From: Hemiscyllium ocellatum
Taxonomy: Eukaryota
Reading direction: 5' to 3'
Length of the DNA stretch: 64,000 nucleotides
Assembly (NCBI RefSeq): GCF_020745735.1
Contig: NC_083408.1
Location: 56,822,484-56,886,483, forward strand
Position numbers and translations under genes: made by a program. Under the pieces are notes generated by a model, which had not been told where the DNA came from, did no database searches, and saw nothing but the letters and a program-made list of their open reading frames with translations. Below, one piece after another: positions 1 through 12,507 of the stretch; position 1 is the stretch's first letter, and every line of letters begins with the position of its first letter.

Positions 1-190
1 TAATGATTTAGAATGCACCTGGAGAGGCAAGATGACTGGGGCTTAGAAAAGGGAATTAAATAAGCATCTGAAGAGTTTGAAATATGAGGAAAGGACTGAG
101 GAGTGAGACTAATTGAGCTAGTTTTGTCACAAGCCAGATAACATGACAGACTGAGTGATCTCTTTCTGACCTATAACCATTCTGTGATAT
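1..190 (+). mobile_element. Degraded CR1-type LINE 3' end
   Basis: gactgagtgatctctttctgacctataaccattctgtgat resembles the CR1 3' tail seen in better copies in this window. Confidence 0.35.
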
Positions 191-939
191 AAAAGTTCAT
201 TGTCCTCTCTAGCAAACAGAAATACAGTGAAGCTACTTTCAAATTGCATACTTTATTTGAAAGTACCATTTCCACATAATGACATTTTTAAGCAACTTGT
301 TTGTCAAGAAATGTTTCACTCTTAACTGTACTGGAGGCTGACTTTCCTTAGGCTTATGAGTCCATGAATCCTTAACACTGTCTAAGCAACCTCTAAATTC
401 TGTGCAATTCTTAAGAGTTGGATTCATTGCCTGTGAATTCTTAGATAAAATTGATTCATTTACTTTCATGACAGCAACATTTATAAATAAATGATTTTGT
501 TTGTAAACTGGATCTTGAAGAGACCTTTAAATGGCATCTATTGAACAGTTAGACCAAGAATGCAATAGATCTCACTTGTTCACTCATTTATTTTACTGTT
601 ACTTTTGACATCACAGTAGATAAAATGGCTGCACATTTAACATAACAGAGTAATCTGTATATCATGAGATGAGGGGTATCAGACACAGCAAGCTACATTG
701 TTCCTGTATATTACATTGGTTTATTGACTTTTAAAAAAGAGCAGAACTTAATATATTGTGAGGATGTTTATTTCTAAATCAGTAGAGCTAGAAAAACTGA
801 TTCTTTTAAGAAAAGGTCTGTTGCCATCTCTAACTGATTTTAAGAATATTCGATGGGGAATTTTAAGAGTTTGTGAAAGTGGTATCAGAATCAATTATAA
901 TTTTATTGCCCAATGATAAATACTAATCTTTGATCTGGT

Positions 940-2197
940 ACCGTCTCAGACTCATCCCTCCCCTTCCTAGACCTCTCCATTTCTATCTTGGGCGACCGAA
1001 TCAACACGGACATTTACTATAAACCGACCTACTCCCACAGCTACCTAGACTACACCTCCTCTCACCCTGCCCCCTGTAAAAACGCCATCCCATATTCCCA
1101 ATTCTTTCGTCTCCGCCGCATCTGCTCCCAGGAGGACCAGTTCCAACACTGAACAACCCAGAAGGCCTCTTTCTTCAAAGACCGCAATTTCCCCCCAGAC
1201 GTGGTCGATGATGCTCTCCACCACATCTCCTCCACTTCCCGCTCCTCCACCCTTGAGCCCCGCCCCTCCAATCGCCACCAGGACAGAACCCCACTTGTCC
1301 TCACCTACCATCCCACCAACCTCCATATACATCGTATCATCCGTCGTCATTTCCGCCACCTCCAAACGGACCCCACCACCATGGATATATTTCCCTCCTG
1401 TCCCCTATCAGCATTCTGAAAAGACCACTCCATGACACCCCCCACCAACCCAACCTCCACTCCCGGCACCTTCCCCTGCATCCGCAAGAAATGCAAAACT
1501 TGCGCCCACACCTCCTCCCTCACTTCCCTCCAAGGCCCCAAGGGATCCTTCCATATCCCCCAGAAATTCACTTGCACCTCCACACACATCATTTACTGCA
1601 TCCGCTGCACCCAATGTGGCCTCCTATATATTGGGGCGACGGGTCGCCTACTTGCAGAACATTTCAGAGAACACTTCTGGGACACCCAGACCAACCAACC
1701 TAACCACCCCGTGGCTCAACACTTCAACTCCCCCTCCCACTCCACCAAGGACATGCAGGACCTTGGACTCCTCCATCACCAGACCATAGCAACATGACGG
1801 CTGGAGGAAGAGCGCCTCATCTTCCGCCTAGGAACCCTCCAACCACAAGGGATGAACTCAGACTTCTACAGTTTCCTCACTTCCCCTCCCCCCACCTTGT
1901 CTCAGTCTCAACCCTCGAACTCAGCACCACCTTCCTAACCTGCAATCTTCTTCCTGACCTCTCCGCACCCATCCCCACTCCGGCCTATCACCCTCACCTT
2001 ATCACCCTCACCTTAATCTCCTTCCACCTATCGCATTTCCAACACCCCTCCCCTAAGTCCCTCCTCCCTACTTTTTATCTTAGCCTGCTTGGCACACTTT
2101 CCTCATTCCTGAAGAAGGGCTCATGCCCGAAATGTCGATTCCCCTGCTCCTTGGATGCTGCCTAACCTGCTGCGCTTTTCCAGCAAAACATTTTCAG
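940..2197 (+). mobile_element. 5'-truncated Penelope-like element (Neptune-type): RT C-terminus, Cys linker, GIY-YIG endonuclease and pLTR; inactivated
   Basis: Translates to LPFLDLSI..YYKPT.SHSYLDY.SSHP..CK..IPYSQF.RLRRIC (PLE RT thumb), CIRKKCKTC linker, IIYCIRC..CGLLYIG.TGR..EHFREH..PVAQHFN (GIY-YIG) and LIFRLGTLQPQGMN. Has in-frame stops. Flanked by CTTTGATCTGGT at 928-939 and 2198-2209. Confidence 0.92.
2105..2140 (+). ncRNA. Minimal hammerhead-ribozyme-like motif in the PLE pLTR (stem III mutated)
   Basis: ATTC-CTGAAGA(2109-2115)-A-GGGC-TCAT-GCCC-GAAA(2129-2132)-TGTC-GATT. Other copies read GAAACGTC. Confidence 0.7.
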
Positions 2198-2739
2198 CTT
2201 TGATCTGGTGACAGTTGACCTGGAAGCAGTACCAACAACAAGTGATTTAAGATACAGAAACCATATGGCCGGAAAACACAGAAGAGTCATATGTAATGGA
2301 GCTGCAGACTAAAGCCAACCTGCCACAGCAGTCACAAACAGAGAGAAGATAGAACCAGAAAGAGGAACTCTCAGAATCCTTGTGAGAAAAATTAAATCTT
2401 TGTCAGGTTGAGGTCAATTTTTTTTACTGTGGAAAAGAAGACATGAGCTGAATGAACTGAATGACAAGGCCTAAAACCTGGAAAACTGTGTGTATCTTCA
2501 TGCTCATGTTGCAGAGCCGGTTTCTCATATGGTCCTGGGACACATTTTAAAGTAGGTCCCTTTTTGTAAAAGGTGGTTCACCCTGGGAGAGATCAGTGCA
2601 GTTAGGGAATAGTCAGATGCTCCAAGGTAAGTGTGTCCTCTAGCCTCCTTCAGTGTTCAGTGCTCAGTCTGAGTGTGCACTTTTATCCCTGTGCCTGTGG
2701 TGAACAACATAATCGGTATATTCCCAACAAAGGTCGGGG

Positions 2740-3462
2740 CTGACAGCGGCAGCAGCGGTAAAGCTCCTCCTGCCATCAGAGGTGGCAGCAGCAGTGGGAG
2801 TGGCAATGGCAGTTACATCTCAGAGGAGGGTTGCTGGCATAAGACTCTTGATGAGGCGGCGGCCTGGCCTGGCAGTGGAGCTAGGGTCTTCTGGTTTCAG
2901 AAGACACAGAGCAGGGACTCCCCATCATTGAGAGGCAGCATGGTATACCAAGAATGGAGTCTCTTGGCATGATCGAGGTGTCAGCAGAGCCAGAGACACC
3001 TGGTTATTGATGAGGCAGCAGTGGCAGCTCCTGGTTGTGGTAGGCCAAGAGCCAGAGACTCCTGGTTATTGGCGAGGTAAGGGTGGCTTCAGAGCTGGGG
3101 CCTCCTGGTTATGGAGTGAACGTGGGTTTAGCAATTAGCATGGCATCAGTGATGGTGAAGAGGTGGGCTCAGTAGCAAAGGGATGGTGTCCAAAAATTGG
3201 CAACCCCTACACTGGTGGGTCCACCACAGGCAGCAGCAAGGAGGTGGAGGAGGAGTGGAGGCATAGGTGTCACTGGTGATCTGACTCAGGACTAACGGTG
3301 GAAGTGGCTGAACGAAAATAGACTATTTTTCAGTTATGTCTTTTTATTATTTTTATTCTTAAACTATTAAAAATTGTACCAGAATGTGGCAACATTTGGA
3401 GCTGTTCACTGTATTTTGCTGCTATTCACAGTAAAATGCAAGTGACAATAAATCATTCAAAT
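2740..3462 (+). repeat. Unclassified GC-rich interspersed repeat with short internal tandem units and a Rex1-like tail
   Basis: Repeated gagccagagac(a/t)cctggttatt units (2987-3070). Ends ttcactgtatt...gtgacaataaatcattcaaat, like the tail at ~55050. Confidence 0.3.
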
Positions 3463-4332
3463 CCATCTTGTGGACTCTAAAGAGTATTGTCCCTTCTCAT
3501 AAGTGTCCAAGCTATTAATTGGGCTAATATATAAACAAAAAGCTCATAATGACTTGCGTGTAGGTTTTAGCACAATGCCCATTAATGTTGTTGCTGGGCC
3601 TGCAATCAAATTTCAGTACAAGTCAAGATCCATTTCCTTGCATCTAAACACACACTGTACTTACTGTCTTAATGTATCTTGAATTCCTACATTTCTAGTT
3701 GTTTAAGTCAATTAAATCATGACATAATTCTAGCACAGCCATGTGGAAAAGAAGGAGATTTTCTGTTCTGTTTCTCTCCATTTGAATCCCAAATGTTTGT
3801 ATATGATTTTCTCCCTGATAGGTATGTTGGTTTCAACTTTAAATTTAATCTTTCTAGTTAAGGTTTTCTCTTTTGATATCGAATATCAACATACCAGTTT
3901 CCTTTTGGATTTCCAAATTGTTCTAATTGTCTCCATTGTCTCTGAGCCCTCTCTTATTTCATTTGACCAGACATTTACTCCTCCTCATGGGCTTAATTCA
4001 TTCGTAATGTCTTTGGACAGAATTCTATATGGTGATCATGTGGTAAGAGCAGCTTTCTTCTTTAAAATTGAGGGTATCTTTCAAAGAGAGACTGCACAAA
4101 ATAATTGGTGCAATGTAAGTTCTTGCCAGCTGGGCAGGCAAATAGTTTAGTTTATTCTTTTAAGGGATTTGAATGTCACTAACACTTGTTGCCTATCCTT
4201 TGCTGTCTTTGACAAGGTAGTGGTGAGCTGGTTTCTTAAATCATAGAAGTCCATCTGTGTAGGTACGTGCACTCTGTTGTTAGGTTTTTGAATCAATTGT
4301 AGTGCAGGAACAGTGATAGTTCTGAGTAGTTT

Positions 4333-4452
4333 GAGTTCTGAGGAAGGGTCACTTGACCTGAAACGGTAACTCTGATTTCTCTCCACAGATGCTGCCAGCA
4401 TTGCTGGCAGACCTGCTAAGCTTTGCTAGCAGTTTCTGTTTTGCTTCTGTTT
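4333..4452 (+). mobile_element. PLE terminal (pLTR) fragment with hammerhead-like motif
   Basis: GAGTT-CTGAGGA-AGGGTC-ACTT-GACCT-GAAA-CGGT-AACTC followed by gatgctgcc...acctgct...ttt.ctagca, homologous to 2105-2197. Confidence 0.7.
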
Positions 4453-5197
4453 TGAAAGCATATTGGAATTAAAATTTATTATAATTCATAGATAATCCAG
4501 GGTTTATGATCTTTGATTGTTACAACTCCCACCATCACGCTTGTCGTACAATCTTTTGACACTAACCCCTTCCACTCTCTGTCACCCACAAGACCTTTCA
4601 GAGCTGCCACCTGTCTCCCTCTGACAGACATGCCCTTTTCCCCTTTGATTGCTACCATCCTACCTCAGTTATCAATGTCTGCTTTTCAGTTGTTGAGCAA
4701 AATTCCTCATAGAAGAAAAACCATCTACTCATTTTAAACTGAACAAAGAGACTACTTTGTTTGCTGCATGTCATATTTAAACATCATGAGTCTGAGGCAC
4801 ACATTTCTCAGCTGCTGACTGCTTAATTGGAAAGGTACCCGTAATTACATTGAGGTTGCTTTCTCATTAGCATGCCTAACATGCAAATATATTAAAAGTG
4901 GGTTTCTGATACTTGCTTTTGACAAATTTGAGTCTCATCAGTCCATCACCATTGAGTTCCATAGTTTCACCTGCACTGATATCATGAGCAGTTTCTGGGA
5001 TCCTTAGATAGACAAGTACTGGACACCATACTGGAGCAATCTAGTGAACAGGTATTCATTATTTACATTGTACAGAGGCATAGTTCAACAGGATGCCACT
5101 AGAAACATCTTCTCTTGGTCACAATACCATATGATCTAACATCAGCTGAAATCACTGATGATGTGTCTGAAACTTAGCATATAGTCATTCATAACAT

Positions 5198-5452
5198 TTA
5201 GATTAGATTACTTACAGTGTGGAAACAGGCCCTTCGGCCCAACAAGTCCACACCGACCCGCCAAAGCACAACCCACCCATACCCCTACATATACCCCTTA
5301 CCCAACACTACGGGCAATTTAGCATGGCCAATTCACCTGACCCGCACATCTTTGGACTGTGGGAGGAAACCGGAATACCCGGAGGAAACCCACGCAGACA
5401 CGGGGAGAACGTGCAAACACCACACAGTCAGTCGCCTGAGGCGGGAATTGAA
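5198..5452 (-). mobile_element. HE1-type V-SINE
   Basis: Reverse complement of the V-domain (gtgtgg.gtttgcacgttctccccgtgtctgcgtgggtttcctccggg...cccacagtccaaagatgtgc), CR1-like tail and (TAATC)n end. Confidence 0.88.
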
Positions 5453-7106
5453 CATATAGCATATCATCAAGGATTTGACTTTTGGTCTCCTGTACAATTA
5501 AATGCCCTACCAGCCTCATTTTCCTGAGTAGCACAAGATTTTTTTTTTTGTCTGTGCTCTATCCTCTGAAACCTGCTTGAACACCAAGATCCATTTGCAG
5601 GTGGACAAACAGAAAACTATTCCATTTGTGAAGAACCCTGCTTTTTTCACAAATTTTCGATGTGTTCTGAATTGACAAACAGAAAACATTGACTGACCCA
5701 ACCAGTGTAGTGATCTTTATGTTTTCCCTTTTGCTTCTTAGTTGGTTATTGCCATTTCGACATCAGGTTGCATGGACATTTCTTGGAACCTAATGATAGA
5801 TTTAGATTTGGATTTAGATTTAGACATAATGATGTCATCATCAAGAAATTCTCATTCAGTAATCTCATAGCTCACTTTGGTTTCAAAGAGACATTACACA
5901 AAATAAAACTTTCTAACATATTAGTCACCATGCTTTCTGGAAAAGTATTTCCAGTGGGTTCTAAGGAAGATCAATATATCAAGTACTGTACTATTTTCTG
6001 AACAATACTTTATAGATGCTGTTATTTTATTTAACACTTCAGATCAAAATCTTCAATTACAAAGTCTGAATGTCACTGCAGAATGTATTATTTCAGATGT
6101 GCATCGTCATTATTGCAAAGTATCTTTTTTCAATTATTTCCTGAGCCAAAGCAATTATTGAACTTTTGAAATTGTTGAATGTTTCTCTGCAGTCAGAAGA
6201 AAAGCACTAGAGCTTGAAGGTTAGATGGGGAAGAAGTGGGTACATTCAATTCAATGAGAGTAGGCTTAAATTTAAAGTTACACGTGCTATTCCTACAGCA
6301 AATGTAAATTGATTGTAACATTGAAAAGTAAAGGACAGAAGACTTGTATCTAATAAAGGATAATTGGCCTCTGAACAACACAAGACTATGGAAAGTTCTG
6401 TAAGATCCAGGCCAATAAATTACTTGGTATAATTTATATAGATCACAGAGGAAAATGAAAATCTTACACACTTCAAACAATTAAAGTGCGAGAGAGAATG
6501 AGGCTAATTATTGTAGGCAATTTTAATTGCTCCTAAATTCATGATAATAATAAAAAGTATATTTTTAAAACCATTTTTTTAATGAGGCTGATGCTGGACT
6601 ATTCTTTGACACCATACGTAATAAAGACAATAATTAATCAGGTTTTTCGATGTATCTGAGAAACCTTCACATGTGCAGGTTTTGGAAGAATGACTGAGGC
6701 CATTCAGTTGTGATAGTTATGGGGAACAGATAGTTACATATGTAAACATTTCCATAATTCTGACGAACAGTAACAGAATTTGACATAAAGGAGCCTTAAT
6801 TATGAGATGGCAAAATAATGGAATCTGGTCTCCAAATGCCAAAATATATTTCTGAATCTCACAAAATAGAAATAGTCATCATAAACTATAGCCCCACAAC
6901 AGGTAGGGAAGGTAACATCCTTCCCTAAAGGGTATTAGTCACAGATATAGATCTTTGTGACAACTGATTACCTTTTACTGAGATTAGCTCTCGATTCCAA
7001 ATTAGCAATTGAATTGGAACCCTTGCCCTAGACCATTAGCCTTGGCATCTGGATTGTTAGTCAGTGACTCTACCATTATGTCACCATCTCCATAATAGGA
7101 AGATCA

Positions 7107-7210
7107 ACATAAGAAATAGGAGTGGAATTAGGCCTTTTGGCCCAGTGAGTCTGTTTCATCATTTGATCATGGCTGATATGTTTCTCAACCCAAATCTCCT
7201 GCCTTCTTCC
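7107..7210 (-). mobile_element. CR1 3' tail fragment
   Basis: acataagaaataggagtgga..aggcc..ttggccc...atcatggctgat is the reverse-complement CR1 tail. Confidence 0.55.
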
Positions 7211-7689
7211 CATTTTATGGTGCTCACACTGCTATATATTCAATATGAATGATTGCTGTAAACTGTTCTTAATCACGAGTAGAAATGGGATGGTGACACA
7301 GAAGAGTACTCTGTGTCATAGAGTACAAAGAAGAGTTTTCAAAAGAGTGAATGTCTTTTTTTCACTGACTGAGGTAAAATCAAAATTGATTGTTCGGGAA
7401 AAATAACCTCTTATATTGACCATCCTTAAATTTAAAGATTGGATTCAAATCTTATGAGCGATATGGGACAATTACAAAACCTCTTAATGTGTGTTTATAT
7501 TGTACAAATATACTTCCTCAGGTGGTAGCTCAGTATAGTCATTCTTATATTAATATTGGTTCAGTTCACTTTCTGGGTGAGGTACTGACAGTGTGCTAAT
7601 TGTGCATGGAAAAAGATTAGTCTTGAGATGCTACAGCAGAGTTGAGTCATAAGTATCTTGCCTTAGTGTCACTTTCCAAGTCTGAGACT

Positions 7690-7950
7690 TCCATCATCCA
7701 GAAGGTTGGGTTAGCAGATTCATAGAATTCCACAATATGCATGTACCCCCCAACTCCCACACATCCTGACTAAGAACAATAATGCTGCTTCTTCATTGTT
7801 ACTGAATCAAGATCCTGGAACTCTCTTCCTAACAACATTGTGAGTGTCCCCAGTAGCTTAAGATTACAACTCATCACAAACTTCTCCAGTGTAAGTAAAT
7901 ATCGGCAAGAAAACAGGCCTACTCAGCAATGCCCAAATTGCAGAAAAAAT
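7690..7950 (+). mobile_element. Old LINE 3' end (same family as 53400-55900)
   Basis: ttcattgttactgaatcaagatcctggaactctcttcctaacaacattgtg...gcaatgcccaaatt. Confidence 0.45.
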
Positions 7951-9689
7951 ATTTTTAAAGCATCTGAAGGCTCCCTCCAGTACCTGAGGGCCCACTTCTG
8001 CCAGTTAATATCCCATATCTTGAGGACACAGTAGAAGATGTGCAGACATGCAGCAAATGCAGGAAAATTAACTGCTTGAAAAAGTTGGGAAAAGCAGACT
8101 TTTTTTGGCTAATAGGCACATTCAGACTGCACTGATGCAGGTTATCCTTTGATAAGAACATCTGGAGCAATAATCCTCTGCAAGTGTTTCTACTCTTCAA
8201 CCATTACTCTGTCATAGTTTTCCTGTTAAATGATCGAAACCATTTCCAAAAATTATGATAAATAATAGCCCAATATTATTACTCTCCCTGAATCAAATTG
8301 TTTATTGGAGGTAGTGATTACCCACTTCTTTTCTGCCACATTCTGCAAGGACACCTGCCTCAAACTGAAGTCTCTCTTTAAATATGTTGACTGGGCATTT
8401 GCAATGCAATTGGCACTCGATCTGTCAGTTGAAGTGGAACTTTGAGGAGAACTAGGGCGAAATCATGATTTTTTTTAGTAATGGTAGTAATCCCAATCTC
8501 AGGAAGTTGAGAGAAATATGATTCTAGATAATGTACAAAGGACAGATTCATGATTCTGAACTTATGAACAGAAGTAACTATTTTGCTGTAAGAATTTGAA
8601 ACACCTCAGGGATATAGGTGAAGATTTAAAAAGAATATTTGTCATGAAAAATTGTTTTTATTGAAACTTTTTCAATTTGATACAAGACTAGTATGTAATT
8701 CGAAAAGGAAACTAATCGATAACAACTCTACACATAAGCTGCCCTGAAAAAAAAATCATCTGGTTAGGATTTATGAAATATTGTATATATTCTAGCCTGT
8801 TTATATTCCCAGCTGGTGCTGATGGGAGAAAAAGTTTTAAAAATCAAATTCTGTACAACATTGAACCACAATGTACGGATGTAGAGCATTAGTCACGGAT
8901 TGTTTAACAATTGTTAAAATCAGATTCTTTGATTTTCTGCAAGCATGCTATCCCAATTACAATGACCATTTTATTTCTGTCATTTCTGCTGCTAACAACC
9001 AGAGGTGAAATCTGAGAAATTACCTTGTCTAAAGAGTTCTGTAAGGTGATATTTTGAAAGTATTAGTGCTGGACATTGTACTTGGTTCTTCTCAATCTAA
9101 TGCTGTCGATGATGATCTGAGAGTAGACAGTTTAGCATGAACCCCAGTGGAGTCAGAAGTGCCATTTCCATCTCCTGATCTTCTTTGTAATTGTGCTTGA
9201 CTTATCAATTATATCTGTTGCTATCACACAATAGACTAATCCTTATCAAGTGCTTCTTGTTGTTAAGACTCAATAATTGTTTATCCTCTACCATTGCTTA
9301 TTAAAAATGTGCTTCAACTCAACACAGAAATGAGTATTGGTGGTTGAATCCTAGAAGCTGTTAGTAGTTTTTACAGTAACATAGTGATCAGTGGTAGGGG
9401 ACATTGCATAAATACTTCAAAGTAACAACTTTAGAAAAATGCCTGTTTGACAGGGGTGGGGGAGGGGGAATGTCAGAGTAAAGGGAATTTGCCGTTTTAA
9501 GTACAATTCCACTTTATGAAGACTCAGTTCAGCTGCCAGTACTTCAATTGGGTATCAGTCAGCAGCACTCATGGAAGCAGTAGGGCACATCAATACTTAG
9601 AATTGTTAAGAGGTATCAAAATCTGAAAGACAGTATAATATTTTTTCTAACCTTTTCAAATAGTTCTGCATTATCTAATGTGATTTTTG

Positions 9690-9999
9690 GATGGTGGCTC
9701 AGTGGTTGGCACTGCTGCCTCACAGCACCAGGCTCCCAGTTTCAATTCCAGCCTCGGGCAACTATCTGTGTGGAGTTTGCACATTCTCCCTGTGTCTGTG
9801 TGGGTTTCCTCTGGGTGCTCCGGTTTCCTCCCACAGTCCAAAGATGTGCAGGTCAGGTGAATTGGCCATGCTAAATCGCCCATAGTGTTAGGGGCTTTAG
9901 TCAGATGGAAATGGGCCTGGGTGGGTTATTCTTCGGAGGGTTGGTGTGGACTGGTTGGGCCAAATGGCCTGTTTCCATGCTGTAGGGAATCAAATCTAA
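9690..9999 (+). mobile_element. HE1-type V-SINE, near full length
   Basis: tRNA-like head (ggtggctcagtggttggcactgctgcctcacagc; ttcaattcc box B), V-domain, and tail gggccaaatggcctgtttccatgctgtaggg-aatcaaatctaat. Confidence 0.9.
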
Positions 10000-10567
10000 T
10001 TTCTGTTTTTTTTTTGAGTATTCGAGTGTTGCATTTCTATTAAAGAAGCTAAAATTGGGCTAAACATGGGAATCTCATTCTCTTTGCCTTCAACATTTTC
10101 AATTAAACTTTCAAAATAGTGTTAGATAACAGAATTTCTCTGTTCCTGTTTTATAAACATCTCTCCCTTCCTTGTAGTCTCTGAGGGAACACACTGCACT
10201 TGTACTACTACTATATTTTTTTGAGACCCATTCTCTTTCCTGATGCACATTTTTCTGAGGAATTCTTAAAGTGTTCCTATTTCTGCAATGGGTCTCCTAT
10301 TTAACTTCCAATAATTGTCTTTACTGTGTCCAGTATTATTACAATGAAGCATATTATTTTCTTTATATCACCTTTTAGGTTCTAGCTTTTTGGCCTTTAT
10401 GATTTTGGCATTTTTATGATTACTTTCTAAAGCTAATATCTTTTCCAACACAGATTTTCAATGTTTCCAAATTGCTTGTTGATTTCCATGTGACTATTTC
10501 CCTACATATCAATGTCTGTGTGTAATATCATAGTTATCTACCAGAACTGTCACTTCTTTAAATTTTG

Positions 10568-11470
10568 ATAGAAACATAGAAATTAAGAGTAGGAATAGGC
10601 TATTTAGCTCCTTGAGCCTTGCTGTGCCATTTAGTATGATCATGGCTCAATGTTTTACCTGCTTTCTCCCTTGACTGCTTTAAAATCTAAAAATGTATTT
10701 ACATCTTTCTTGAATATATTCAATGAATTGACCTGGAGATTTCCACAGGTTTACTTACCTCTGAATGAAGAGCTTTTTCCTCATCTCTGTCCTAAAGATC
10801 CTACCCTTTAGTAGAACCTTAGTTCCAACAAAGAAGAAGTCCCCCTGTAACTCGTCTATCCAGCCGTATTTGAATTTTACATGTTTTATTCATATCCCCT
10901 CATTCTTTTAAATTCTAGTAAATATAGGCCCAGTCAAACCAACCTCTTCTTATAAGAAGTCCTGCCATTCCTAGTATCAGCCCAGGGAATCTCCCCTGCA
11001 TTTCCCTCATGGAAAGTATTATCCTTAGGTAGGGAGGTCAAACTGCACACAGTACTCCAGGACTTGTAGAATGGCAGTAAGATATCTGTACTTCTGAACT
11101 CAAATCCTCTTGAATTGAACATCATGAATAGCTGGAGCCTAAGCACTGATTCATGCAGGACACCACTAATCACTGCTTGTCATTCAGAGAAAGACACATT
11201 TATTTCCACTCTCTGTTTTCTGTCTGTTAGTCAATGCTGAATCTATGCCAATATATTATTCAATTTATGCACCATTAATTAATTTTGCACTCTAACCTCT
11301 TATGAAATACTTTACCAAAAACCTTCTGAAATTCAAAATAAACCATATCCCTGATTCTTCCTGATTTATTCTACTCTTTACAGCCTCAAAAAAAATGCCA
11401 GTAGAATTTTTAAGCATGATTTGCCTTTTATAAGCCCATGCTGGCTTCATCCAATTCTCTTAATAGTCTC
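10568..11470 (-). mobile_element. Degraded CR1 LINE (3' ORF2 and tail, internally deleted)
   Basis: Minus-strand SGV...SVL..LF and SRGFEFRSTDILL..YK remnants; atagaaacataga tail. Confidence 0.75.
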
Positions 11471-11559
11471 TTAATAGAGAGGTCCGTTGGTGAAATACCT
11501 TTCAAATGTGGCCTCCATAAATTCAGGCAATCAAACACAGATTTCTAGTTCAATCAAAT

Positions 11560-12356
11560 AGCTCATTGGAATCAGACTGACAGTGAAGGAAAGAGGTCTA
11601 CGGGATCCAAGGAAATCTAGCTTGCATCCAGAATTAGCTGCATTGCAGGAAGCAGACATGATGGTCAGAGTGTTTTTGTGACAGGATGTCTGTGTCCAGG
11701 AGGGTCCTGTAGGGATCAGTGTTGGAGCCTTTGCTATTTATGGTGTACGCAATTTAGACTTGCATCTGTGGGGGTTGATCAGCAAGTTCATAGATAATAT
11801 GAAAATTGGTTGGATGGTAAATAGTGAGGAGGATAACCTTAGTTTATTGGAATATATAGATGGGCTGGTCAGATAGACTGATAGAATTCAATCCAAAGGA
11901 GTCTGAGGTGATGCACGAGCACAGGACAAACAAGTCAAGGGAATACATGATGAATAATAGGACCCTGAGAAGCATTGAGGATCAGAGGAACCTTGGTATA
12001 AATGTGACTAGTCCCTTAAGTTAGCAGGACATGTGGATAAAGTGTTTTGGAGACTATTGGGATATTTGCTTTTATTAGCCAAGGCATAGAGTTTAAGAGC
12101 AAGGCGGTAATGCTGGAACTGTATACAATATTAGTTAGGTCACAGCTAGAAGAATATTGTGTGCAGCTCTGGAATGAACATTATAGGAGGGATGTGATTG
12201 CACTGGAGAGGGTGCAGAGGAGATTTAGCAGGATTTGCTTGGGCTGGAGAGCCTTAGTTATGAAGAGAGATTGGATTGAGTGGAATTGTTTTCCTTGGAT
12301 CAGAGAAGACTGAGGGGCACAGGATTAAGATGTATAAAATTGAGAGGGTGGGCAGG
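11560..12356 (+). mobile_element. Degraded CR1 LINE, left part (interrupted by gypsy element)
   Basis: FISQGIEFKSKAVMLELY..LVR.QLE.CVQLW..HYRRDVIALERVQRRF, i.e. CR1 ORF2 C-terminus. Confidence 0.85.
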
Positions 12357-12507
12357 TGTGATGATGCTGCTCCTTTAAGAAGGTTATGGTGTTCTTGGTA
12401 TTTTTTTCGGAGAGGTTGTAAAAAACAGTTTCTGAAAAGATTGGGTTTCAATGGATTTTAGGGCCTGTTTGATTATAGCTAACAGTTACTGCCTCAGGCA
12501 AAAGGCT
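12357..12507 (+). repeat. 5' LTR remnant (3' part of LTR and PBS deleted)
   Basis: Matches the start of 16922 and 61999 (tgtgatg.tg.tgctcctttaa...gctaacag.tactgcct), then jumps to leader sequence matching ~62740. Confidence 0.85.

Noticed and set aside
2987-3110. Short repeated units resembling a CRISPR-like array
   Set aside because: Irregular, degenerate, eukaryotic context; internal repeats of an interspersed element.
3679-4150. AT-rich ORFs of 60-135 aa (also 35129, 48853, 58142)
   Set aside because: Low-complexity or repeat-derived, often non-ATG starts, no motifs.
7294-7318. Small inverted repeat TGACACAGA...TCTGTGTCA
   Set aside because: 9-bp stem without TSD or family support; could be chance or a local template switch.
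9453-9486. G-quadruplex-like G runs
   Set aside because: Fourth tract is distant and there is no functional context.
9690-9770. tRNA-like A/B boxes (also 59887, 60255)
   Set aside because: SINE heads, not complete cloverleaf tRNA genes.
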